From NCBI GenBank assembly GCA_038244685.1, contig JBBRTD010000001.1, positions 2,339-66,338 on the forward strand: a stretch of 64,000 nt of DNA, written 5' to 3'. Position 1 is the first letter of the stretch, and each line of letters starts with the position of its first letter. The stretch is from Minisyncoccia bacterium. GTDB taxonomy: Bacteria > Patescibacteriota > Minisyncoccia > Phycocordibacterales > UBA9973. Of the stretch, positions 47,456-56,029 are shown one piece after another. Made by a program: the position numbers and the translations under genes. The notes beneath the pieces are model-generated. The model saw only the letters and a program-made list of their open reading frames with translations. It was not told where the DNA came from and made no database searches.

Positions 47456-48137
47456 ATATCTTGCCCTAAATAATTATGCTACGAGAAAAGGAGCTGATGA
47501 ACTTATCAAAAAAGGTTATGTTTTTATAAATGGTAGAAAGGCTGTGCTTGGTGATCAAGTATATAGAGACGGAGAAGTTATTGTAAGCGACAAAGCGCCC
47601 AAAAAAGATTATGTATATTATGCATATAATAAAACTGTCGGAGTTTCGACAAATCCTGATATAAATACAAAAGATATTCTTCAGGTTACAAAGTTTAAAG
47701 AAATTGTCTTCCCTATTGGCAGACTTGATAAAGATTCTCATGGACTTATTTTAATGACCAATGATGGCCGTGTAACAGATAGACTTCTTTCTCCGAAATA
47801 TGTTCACGAAAAAGAATATGTCGTAAAAGTTGAACCAAATTTTTCAGATACATTTATAGAACTTATGAGTAACGGTGTTCATTTTGATAAATTTATAAGT
47901 AAAAAATGTAAGGTCTGGAGAAGTACGAGTAAATCTAAGGATACCTTCAATATAGTGCTCACAGAGGGCAAAAAACGCCAAATAAGACGTATGTGCGAAG
48001 CATTGCACCATAAGGTAGTAAACCTAAAACGTATTCGTATAATGAATATAGAATTAGGAAGACTAAATGAAGGTGAATATAAAGAAATTAAAGGTGCCGA
48101 ATTAGATACACTTCTTAAATCATTAATGCTTAAATAA
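47430..48137 (+). CDS. rRNA pseudouridine synthase (RsuA/RluB family, S4 + catalytic domain)
   Basis: S4 RINKYLALNNYATRKGADELIKKGYVFINGR; catalytic GRLDKDSHGLILMTNDG. Confidence 0.85.
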   Translation: MEYPIRINKYLALNNYATRKGADELIKKGYVFINGRKAVLGDQVYRDGEVIVSDKAPKKDYVYYAYNKTVGVSTNPDINTKDILQVTKFKEIVFPIGRLDKDSHGLILMTNDGRVTDRLLSPKYVHEKEYVVKVEPNFSDTFIELMSNGVHFDKFISKKCKVWRSTSKSKDTFNIVLTEGKKRQIRRMCEALHHKVVNLKRIRIMNIELGRLNEGEYKEIKGAELDTLLKSLMLK

Positions 48138-48151
48138 AACTAAAATAACAT

Positions 48152-48185
48152 AAAAGCCCCCGACTACAGTCGGGGGCTTTTATGT
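48152..48185. terminator. bidirectional intrinsic terminator (aaagcccccgact/tcgggggcttt)
   Basis: GC-rich 11-bp stem flanked by A- and T-runs; between convergent genes. Confidence 0.8.
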
Positions 48186-48191
48186 TATTAA

Positions 48192-50765
48192 TTATTGTGC
48201 TAAATTTGCTTTTTGACGACTTAAGAATCCAAATGACCCATCTGCATTAAGTCCATTTTGTGCTTGCCAATTTTTAACTTTTTGAGCTGTTCCTCTTCCA
48301 AAGACTCCATCAGCATATATCCCTAAAAATTGTTGAAGAGTTTTAACGTCATCACCTATTAATCCGGGTTTAAGAGTTCGACGGATAGGAGTAGGATTAT
48401 TATTTTGATTATTTACATTATTTAAATCAGAATCATTATAATTTAAACAATATTTTCCAGTTGCTGTGCTATACCTTGTTCCATTACAACCATTATCCAC
48501 AGTAATTAGATTTGTATTTGGTAAACTACATCCTACCTTCTCAGATAAGGCTGCTAACGATTGCGTTCCATTTAATATAGAACCATCTCTAAACTTCCAA
48601 GCTGGGTAACCAGTTATGTTTTCTCTATTACAAATTTCAGACTGCCCGTTTACAAGTGAACTTGAACATTCCACTTTATTAATTTTTTCAAAAGAATTTC
48701 CAAGCAAGTCCTTTTGTTTCTGGCAATATGAACACCAAGAAGCGGTATACAATATAGCACCTTTATCGTTTAAACATTGTGCAAAAGAATCATTATTGGA
48801 TATTGTAGAGTTAGTTACATAAAATGTTGCTGTGCCATATTTTGTAAAATCATTTGAACCAAAAGTATGACCATAGTCTATTTTATATTCTCCTTCTGGT
48901 GTGTTGTATGGTATTTGAAGAGTTTGTACTCCACTATTCGCAGTATCAAACTTCTTTATAAATGTATAATTATTAACATCTTTTTTATAAATCAAAGCTT
49001 CAAAAGCACCAAATCTTGTTAAATTAGAATCAATTTTAATTTCTACATTCTGACCAGCATTAAATGTTGAACCATTTTTAGGATAAACTAAATTTACATA
49101 GGCATCTCTATTATTTTGACAAAGTTGACCATTAGTTGAACTATAAACTTCTCCATTTGAACAACCGTTATTAGAACTAGATTTTATTGTAATATCACCA
49201 CTCAAATATGAATTACAAGAATTTTTATCCCCTAAACAATAATTTCCTGAATCACTTTCAGAGATAGCTACAATTTTATATGTACCTGGAGTTACACCAC
49301 CAATACCTGAACCATTAAGGTCTGTCAATGAATTTCCATCCCAATTACCGCTTGTACCATTTACACCATTAACAAGATTAGTAAAAATCCAACCAACAAC
49401 ACCACTATTATTGGCAGCATATGATCCTGCTTGGTTATATTTACTAAATAAACCTATTTGTATTTTGTTCTTACCGCCACTCCATGAAATTTTATTTGCA
49501 GCTCCTTGTGTAAACACCTCTCCTCCTTTGGGAGATAAAACTGTAACTGAAGAAGACTCTGTTCCTGGACATTTCTGTCCTGAAGTAGAACTATATACTT
49601 CTCCATTTGAACAACCTCCATTTATAACATCAGTAGCTTGTCCTATTGTAAAAGTGCTATCTGAATAATCAAAAATAGGTGAAGGATTATTCGTACTATC
49701 GGTACCAACAGATATCACAAAATTTTTTCCATACGGCAAACCACCAAGATTTGTTGGTAATACTACTTTCTCTTGTCCATCATTGTAAGTAAAAGAAGAA
49801 AGTTCTTTACTCCAAACTATTACCCCATTTGAATTATATTCATGTAATATAATATCAATATTTTTGTTATTATTTGAAATTCCAGCACTATTCCAAGTTA
49901 CATTAATTTGCTGGCCAACTTCATACATATCCCTTCCATTAGGAGACAAAACTGTAATTGAAGGGGCTACCGATGGAACAATAACTGTATCATTTACAAC
50001 CAATACTTTTATCAAATTTGAATTATATGTTTTACCATCTTTAATAACTTGAATGTAAAAACTACCTGCTCCGGTGTGATTTGGTGTACATTTTTGAGAC
50101 CAAGAATCAAAGCTTCCATCATTAAGACAAGAATCATTAAATAGAGGATCAAAGTTAAAAGATCTTGAATAATCAACACCGACTTGGCCAATAAGATTCA
50201 CAGGCACGCCAGAGAAAGTTATACTATTACCTAATTTAATAACAACATATTCACCATTATTTGATTGAGGATTTGAGTAAAGATTAATTGAAGGAGTAGA
50301 AATACTTCCCTCTACGCATTTATATGACATCTTTCTATCTCCAATATAATTATTTAAATTACCAGCATCTTTCCATGTATTAATAGTTTCTGCTTTATAT
50401 TCAACTATACTTGTCGTATTTGGATAAAATTTCTTACAGTAGGTAAGTTTATCCAATTGACCACCCGAGGTCCCATCGCTATCTGTTTGCCAGCTTGAAG
50501 AAGCTATGTCTACATGCTGATTAACTTTTCCATACCAATATGATATACGTGGAGTTAAATCAGAAGTAGGAGTAGTATCATTGTTTACATTACTAACTAC
50601 GGTAGTACCATAAACTGATTCAGAATATCCTGCAGCATATGCACCAAGTTTACTTCTGAGTTGAATAATTTCTCTCATCACAGAATCACTTACCCAGGAA
50701 GCCTGAGCTTCTATTCCTACAAGCAGAGAACCAAAAATAAATAAACCTAGTAACATTTTTTTCAT
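48192..50765 (-). CDS. secreted cell-wall-anchored multidomain protein (857 aa): signal peptide, Kre9/KNH-like beta-sandwich modules, 3 Cys-hairpin repeats, VKOR-partner-type thioredoxin-like domain, C-terminal PG_binding_1
   Basis: SP MKKMLLGLFIFGSLLVGIEAQA; VTVLSPKGGEVFTQG..ISW; GCSNGEVYSSTSGQKC x3; ILYTASWCSYCQKQKDLLG...VECS...C...ITGYPAWKF; C-term LIGDDVKTLQQFLGIYADGVFGRGTAQKVKNWQAQNGLNADGSFG. Confidence 0.8.
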   Translation of the reverse strand: MKKMLLGLFIFGSLLVGIEAQASWVSDSVMREIIQLRSKLGAYAAGYSESVYGTTVVSNVNNDTTPTSDLTPRISYWYGKVNQHVDIASSSWQTDSDGTSGGQLDKLTYCKKFYPNTTSIVEYKAETINTWKDAGNLNNYIGDRKMSYKCVEGSISTPSINLYSNPQSNNGEYVVIKLGNSITFSGVPVNLIGQVGVDYSRSFNFDPLFNDSCLNDGSFDSWSQKCTPNHTGAGSFYIQVIKDGKTYNSNLIKVLVVNDTVIVPSVAPSITVLSPNGRDMYEVGQQINVTWNSAGISNNNKNIDIILHEYNSNGVIVWSKELSSFTYNDGQEKVVLPTNLGGLPYGKNFVISVGTDSTNNPSPIFDYSDSTFTIGQATDVINGGCSNGEVYSSTSGQKCPGTESSSVTVLSPKGGEVFTQGAANKISWSGGKNKIQIGLFSKYNQAGSYAANNSGVVGWIFTNLVNGVNGTSGNWDGNSLTDLNGSGIGGVTPGTYKIVAISESDSGNYCLGDKNSCNSYLSGDITIKSSSNNGCSNGEVYSSTNGQLCQNNRDAYVNLVYPKNGSTFNAGQNVEIKIDSNLTRFGAFEALIYKKDVNNYTFIKKFDTANSGVQTLQIPYNTPEGEYKIDYGHTFGSNDFTKYGTATFYVTNSTISNNDSFAQCLNDKGAILYTASWCSYCQKQKDLLGNSFEKINKVECSSSLVNGQSEICNRENITGYPAWKFRDGSILNGTQSLAALSEKVGCSLPNTNLITVDNGCNGTRYSTATGKYCLNYNDSDLNNVNNQNNNPTPIRRTLKPGLIGDDVKTLQQFLGIYADGVFGRGTAQKVKNWQAQNGLNADGSFGFLSRQKANLAQ

Positions 50766-50865
50766 AAATAGTTTATAACTTTATGATTATTAATATGATA
50801 ATATTATAACATGCTATTACCAAAAAGCCAGACATGCTATATGCCTGGCTTTTTAATGAATTATT

Positions 50866-52128
50866 TTATTGTGTGAAGTTTGCTCTCTGGTAACAAAGTG
50901 AACCAAAGACACCATCTGGATAGAGACCGTTTGCTATCTGCCAATTTTTGACATAAAGAGTTGTTCCTCTACCGAAAACTCCATCGTCGGTTATTCCTAG
51001 AAATTGCTGAAGCTTCCTTACATCATCCCCTGTTAATCCCCATCTTAATGTTCTTCGGTTTGGACTTATTATTATTTGATTTGTATTATTACAAGATCTT
51101 CCTGTTGTATAGCTAAAAATATTTCCAGCCAAACAACCAGAATCAACAACTTGTGTAATCAAAGTACATCTCTGCCCTGTAGTATAACTATAGATATTTC
51201 CTTGCGCACAACCAGTATCGATTGTAGTAATTACGGGACATCTTTGCCCTGTCGTACTACTATATATTTGACCTTGATTGCAACCATAATCAACACTATA
51301 AGAATTTCCGACAACAACACTTATGCTTGTTCTTGCACTACCTCCATTTGTTGGGCATGGAGTTGTAAAACATCTAATACTATTATCGCTAGTAACAGTA
51401 AATGTTGGATTATACTTACCAGCAATTGAATAACTGTGAGTAAAGGTAGCCGATTGCGATTGTTGGTATTGCGGTATTTGATATGAAGCAGTTGTTGCGT
51501 AAACTATATCACCCCAATCAACTGAGTATGTTAAATTTCCTCCATTTGGATTTGTTGCGTTAACAGTCCAAGTTCCGGTCTGATTTAAACTTAATGATTG
51601 AGGACCAGAAACTCCAGAAATTATAGGATTATTATTACCACTTCTGTAACAATATAAACCAGTTGTTGAACTATAAACTTCATTATTATAACAACCGTAA
51701 TCTGTACTCGAAGATGAGTTTACGATTATAGTTGAAGAAAATAAAGTTGCAGTATCACCACCTATCCATTGCCTGGTTGCGGTTATTTCTAACTTTGTGC
51801 TACCAGAATTTAAAGCTAAAAATTCCCAATAGTCACTACCAAAATTTCCAACAACTATTGATCCATAATATACATTTGGATTAAGATGTTGATGATTTGT
51901 TAACTGTAAAATAGAACTATCATATCGAGGTGTATCGAATGTATAACCCCCGTCACCAGGACTTGCAATAGTTATCTTAAGTGTCTGCCCTTTTGTAATT
52001 TGAAATGTATTTCCGGTATTCGAAGACGTCAACTCAAGAGTCGCTGCTTGTACCTGACTACCTATAACAAAAAAACTAAACATAAATAGACCTAAAAGTA
52101 ATTTTTTCATATGATTTTGTAAAAACAT
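50866..52128 (-). CDS. secreted cell-wall-anchored protein (420 aa): signal peptide, chagasin-like (I42) domain, PKD domain, 5 Cys-hairpin repeats, C-terminal PG_binding_1
   Basis: SP then LELTSSNTGNTFQI...GNFGSDYWEFLALNSGSTKLEITATRQW (I42-like); TWTVNATNPNGGNLTYSVDWGD (PKD); GCNQGQIYSSTTGQRC etc.; C-term LTGDDVRKLQQFLGITDDGVFGRGTTLYVKNWQIANGLYPDGVFG. Confidence 0.8.
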   Translation of the reverse strand: MFLQNHMKKLLLGLFMFSFFVIGSQVQAATLELTSSNTGNTFQITKGQTLKITIASPGDGGYTFDTPRYDSSILQLTNHQHLNPNVYYGSIVVGNFGSDYWEFLALNSGSTKLEITATRQWIGGDTATLFSSTIIVNSSSSTDYGCYNNEVYSSTTGLYCYRSGNNNPIISGVSGPQSLSLNQTGTWTVNATNPNGGNLTYSVDWGDIVYATTASYQIPQYQQSQSATFTHSYSIAGKYNPTFTVTSDNSIRCFTTPCPTNGGSARTSISVVVGNSYSVDYGCNQGQIYSSTTGQRCPVITTIDTGCAQGNIYSYTTGQRCTLITQVVDSGCLAGNIFSYTTGRSCNNTNQIIISPNRRTLRWGLTGDDVRKLQQFLGITDDGVFGRGTTLYVKNWQIANGLYPDGVFGSLCYQRANFTQ

Positions 52129-52264
52129 GCCGCATTAATGTCCTTTTAAAGGCGACACTTTTTATTATAAGTATTAATTAATATGCTTATATTATACCAT
52201 ATATTAGTCAATCTGTTAATACAAAAACCACAATATAAATATTGTGGTTTTTGTATTTTTGTTC

Positions 52265-52465
52265 TTATTTAGCTATATATGGTAACAATCCCATAAAACG
52301 AGCACGCTTGATAGCAACAGCCAACTTACGTTGATTCTTTGCTGTTACATCGGTACGGCGACGAGCTTGCATACGAGCAGAAGGTGTCAAGAATCTACGT
52401 AGTAGTTCTGTATCCTTATAGTCTATATGTTTAATGTTATTTGATGAAAAATAATCTTGTTTCAT
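52265..52465 (-). CDS. rpsR: 30S ribosomal protein S18
   Basis: RRFLTPSARMQARRRTDVTAKNQRKLAVAIKRARFMGLLPY. Confidence 0.9.
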   Translation of the reverse strand: MKQDYFSSNNIKHIDYKDTELLRRFLTPSARMQARRRTDVTAKNQRKLAVAIKRARFMGLLPYIAK

Positions 52466-52494
52466 AAATTCTCTTTTTTAGTAATTAGTAATTT

Positions 52495-52947
52495 TTAGAA
52501 CGGTATATCTTCTGCGTTTATTTGCTCTTCAGGATACTCTATTGTATCTATCTCTTCCTCTTTTTTAGAAGCTGAAGGAGTAGACGTGCTTGGAGTATAT
52601 GATGAAGGTCCAGTTGTATTTTTTGCTCCAAATTGAACAGTGTCAGCGATGATTTCTGTACGATACTTTTTTGTATTTGTAGCAGCATCATCCCAACTTC
52701 GAGTTTCCATTCTTCCTTCGACTAGTATTTGACTTCCCTTTTTCATATAAGTAGCTACATTCTCGGCTGTCTTGCCCCATACTACAATATTATGATAATC
52801 AGTTTTTTCTTGTTTAACACCATTTGAATCTTTATAGGTACGATTAGTAGCTATACTAAAAGTACAAACCTTATTCCCAGAAGCGATAGCTTTTAATTCT
52901 GGATCACGAGTTAGATTCCCTATTAGAATTGCTTTGTTTAAATACAT
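52495..52947 (-). CDS. ssb: single-stranded DNA-binding protein
   Basis: OB-fold LIGNLTRDPEL...; acidic tail ending EDIPF. Confidence 0.9.
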   Translation of the reverse strand: MYLNKAILIGNLTRDPELKAIASGNKVCTFSIATNRTYKDSNGVKQEKTDYHNIVVWGKTAENVATYMKKGSQILVEGRMETRSWDDAATNTKKYRTEIIADTVQFGAKNTTGPSSYTPSTSTPSASKKEEEIDTIEYPEEQINAEDIPF

Positions 52948-52983
52948 AAATATAGTAAATAATTTAAATTATTAATACAAATA

Positions 52984-53487
52984 TTATACCACAAGAGCTT
53001 CGATTTCTTTGTCTATAACTTCTTCATTTATTGGAGCTGACTCTTCACTCTTAGTGACACTACGACGCTTTGAACCATCTTGCTTGCCATAGGCACGCTT
53101 TACAGACATAGTATTTCCACGAACAGTTTTAATCATAAGATAACGAACTAACTTTTCATTACCATCTAAATATTCCTTTAGAACTTTTGCTTTCTCTGTT
53201 ATACATTCAAACTTAACCCAACCAAAATAACCATAAGAAAACTTTTGTTTCTTATTGGCGATAGAACGAGACATTTCATATGCTAGTTCTAACATCTTCG
53301 GATATTCATCAGAAATAAAGGTTACCCCCATTTCTCCTAATGTATCCTTAAAAGAAGTTACTTCTCCTCCAAGATTTTCCTCTGGAATACTTGGAACCAT
53401 AATATAACCAACCTCATATATAGAGATTTTGGCTTCTGTAGCTTCTACATCTTCCCCTACCTCTACAATTGCTTTTGCTTTTGCCAT
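52984..53487 (-). CDS. rpsF: 30S ribosomal protein S6 with N- and C-terminal extensions
   Basis: ISIYEVGYIMVP core resembles S6 N-terminus; conserved rpsF-ssb-rpsR order. Confidence 0.8.
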   Translation of the reverse strand: MAKAKAIVEVGEDVEATEAKISIYEVGYIMVPSIPEENLGGEVTSFKDTLGEMGVTFISDEYPKMLELAYEMSRSIANKKQKFSYGYFGWVKFECITEKAKVLKEYLDGNEKLVRYLMIKTVRGNTMSVKRAYGKQDGSKRRSVTKSEESAPINEEVIDKEIEALVV

Positions 53488-53671
53488 AGATTTTGCGAAA
53501 TTACCAAATCACGAACTATTCATTCGCATGTACTCCATACAAATAGAGCACGACCGATAAAAACACTTAAATTATTACTTTTAATATCATCTCGTTATGG
53601 ACCTGTGTGTACCGACTTCAGGGTCGGGACAAACGAAATGTGCTGTTATACTAACAAATATGTGCTGTTTT

Positions 53672-53720
53672 GTCAAAAAAACAGGGGTCAACCACCGCGA
53701 TAGAGGTTGGACCCCTGAAG
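53672..53720 (-). terminator. intrinsic terminator after tatD
   Basis: ggggtccaacc...ggttgacccctg stem followed by T7 on minus strand. Confidence 0.75.
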
Positions 53721-53733
53721 TAATTTCTTTTAT

Positions 53734-54591
53734 TTAAATACCAAACAATTTACTGGCATTTGAGATTATTTGAGAAGCAATAAGGGATTCTTCCAATCCT
53801 TTAATTTCTGCTATCTTTTTAACTATGTCTTTCACGTAGAATGGTTCATTCCTCTCTCCTCTATGAGGCATTGGAGCTACATAAGGGCTATCTGTATCAG
53901 CCATTATCATATTAATAGGAATATTTTTAATTATCTCTTGATAGTTACAACCCTTACCATCCTTTCTAGGATGATAAGTTATTACACCTGTAAAAGAAAT
54001 CATAAAGCCAAATTCAGTAAAGTTCAAAGCATCTTGTAAGCTACCAGCAAAGAAGTGAACGTCACCTTTTACTTTTGAATGTTCTTTAAGAATTTCCAAG
54101 GCATCAGAATAAGCATTACGACTCGTATCGTCGTCATTATTTCTAATATGAAGCATTAAAGGAATATTTAATTCGTTCGCTAGTTCAATCTGAGAAATAA
54201 ATGCCACTCTTTGTCTGTCTATTGATTCAGGTGTACAGCGATAATAATCAAGACCACACTCACCAATAGCTACAACCTTTCCCTTTACGGCAAGCTCTCT
54301 ATATTTTTCCTTATCAAAAATTTCACCACGTGAAGAAAATTCTTCACCTTCTTTGCCAAGCTCTTCAACGTCGTGGTATGAAGCACTTGTGTGAATTGGA
54401 TGTAAACCAATTGTGGCATAGACTCCTTCATTTTCATTTGTCATTTCTACTGCCTTTTTAGAAGTATCATATTGAGTGCCAACATTTATAACCCAAGTCT
54501 CATTATCTAGAGCCCGACCGATAACAGCTTCTCGATCTTCGTCAAAAGCTTTAAAATTTACATGTGAATGTATATCGATATATTTAGGCAT
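53734..54591 (-). CDS. tatD: TatD-family metal-dependent hydrolase/DNase
   Basis: IDIHSHVNF, IGECGLDYYR, LMLHIRN. Confidence 0.85.
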   Translation of the reverse strand: MPKYIDIHSHVNFKAFDEDREAVIGRALDNETWVINVGTQYDTSKKAVEMTNENEGVYATIGLHPIHTSASYHDVEELGKEGEEFSSRGEIFDKEKYRELAVKGKVVAIGECGLDYYRCTPESIDRQRVAFISQIELANELNIPLMLHIRNNDDDTSRNAYSDALEILKEHSKVKGDVHFFAGSLQDALNFTEFGFMISFTGVITYHPRKDGKGCNYQEIIKNIPINMIMADTDSPYVAPMPHRGERNEPFYVKDIVKKIAEIKGLEESLIASQIISNASKLFGI

Positions 54592-56024
54592 TAATCTTTT
54601 CTTAAGAATAATGGAGTCTCCGGCTTTTTATTTTCTTTAATTAAGCTTAAAATTTTTTCTGCAGTTTCGGGCATAATGGGGATTAGACGTTGTGCAATAA
54701 TTGATAATTTTTGTACAAGAATTTTTATGTGTTCCTTGCCTGCTTGTTCATCTACCTTTATAACCTTAAAGGGTTGGTTAATTTGAATATACTCATCAAG
54801 GTCTCCGATAAAACTCCAGGTTAAATCCATAATATTTTTTAACTCAAATTCATCCCAATATTCTTTTTTATCCTCTAAATATTCTGCAATAATAACTTTT
54901 GAATCAAGATGTTTTTCTGCCATAGTCATTATTCGGCTTGTTAGATTCCCTATTCCGTTTGCTAATCCTGAATTATATGCATCCTTAAATCTTTCAATAG
55001 TAAAAGGGCTATCTTCAAAATTAGATATTTCTCTTAAAAGAAAATATCTCAAAGCATCTGTCCCGTATTCTTTTACTACATCTCTTGGATCAATAACATT
55101 ACCGAGAGTTTTGGACATACGAACACCACCATCGCCTGTAATAAAGCCATTCACAATTATTTGATGCGAATTAGGTAAGTCTGCTGCCATAAGCATAGCT
55201 TGCCACATTGCCCCCTGGAAACGAGTGTTATCCTTTCCGCAGTATTGAGTCGGCGTGCCATTTTTCCAATACTTTTCGAAATTCTCATTATCATTGGGCC
55301 ATCCCAAAGTCGAAATATAGTTTACAAGCGCATCGAACCAAACATAAATAACTTGGGAGTCATCCCCTGGAACAGGAATACCCCAAGGCATCTTCTCTTT
55401 CAAACGTGAAATAGAAAAATCTTGCAATCCACCAGTAACGAAAGTTTTAATTTCATTAAAGCGAAAATCTGGCACAACAAAATTCGGATTCTTATCATAA
55501 AATTCCAAAAGCTTTTCCGTAAAGGCACTATATTTAAAGAAATAATTCTCTTCGCTAATAGTTTTAAGTTCCATACCGGGATGTAGAGGACAAGCGCCAT
55601 CTACAAGCTCGGAGTCCGTCTTCTCGCTCTCACAACCAATACAATATTTTGCTTCATATTGTTTTTTATAAATATAACCATTGTCTGAAACTCTTTTCCA
55701 AAATTCACAAACAGCTTCTTCGTGAGATTTATCAGTTGTTCGAATAAAGTGGATATCAGGAAGAACACCAAACATTTTTAACTGTTCTTGAAAAGTTTCA
55801 AAACCAAGATCAACAAACTTTTGCGTGTCTATATTTTGCTCTTTTGCTTTCTCAAATATCTTTATGCCATGTTCATCAGTTCCCGTATTAAAATAAACAT
55901 CGAAACCCTGTAGCTTTTTATAGCGAGCAATAGTATCAGCTCTGACAAATTCAAGAGCATGCCCCATGTGTAGTGGTGCATTTACGTAAGGCAAAGTTGT
56001 TGTTAAATAGAATGTTTTATTCAT
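54591..56024 (-). CDS. metG: methionyl-tRNA synthetase (core enzyme, no C-terminal tRNA-binding domain)
   Basis: HIGH variant APLHMGHA, KMSKT, CxxC knuckle CIGCESEK. Confidence 0.9.
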   Translation of the reverse strand: MNKTFYLTTTLPYVNAPLHMGHALEFVRADTIARYKKLQGFDVYFNTGTDEHGIKIFEKAKEQNIDTQKFVDLGFETFQEQLKMFGVLPDIHFIRTTDKSHEEAVCEFWKRVSDNGYIYKKQYEAKYCIGCESEKTDSELVDGACPLHPGMELKTISEENYFFKYSAFTEKLLEFYDKNPNFVVPDFRFNEIKTFVTGGLQDFSISRLKEKMPWGIPVPGDDSQVIYVWFDALVNYISTLGWPNDNENFEKYWKNGTPTQYCGKDNTRFQGAMWQAMLMAADLPNSHQIIVNGFITGDGGVRMSKTLGNVIDPRDVVKEYGTDALRYFLLREISNFEDSPFTIERFKDAYNSGLANGIGNLTSRIMTMAEKHLDSKVIIAEYLEDKKEYWDEFELKNIMDLTWSFIGDLDEYIQINQPFKVIKVDEQAGKEHIKILVQKLSIIAQRLIPIMPETAEKILSLIKENKKPETPLFLRKD

Positions 56025-56029
56025 ATATT

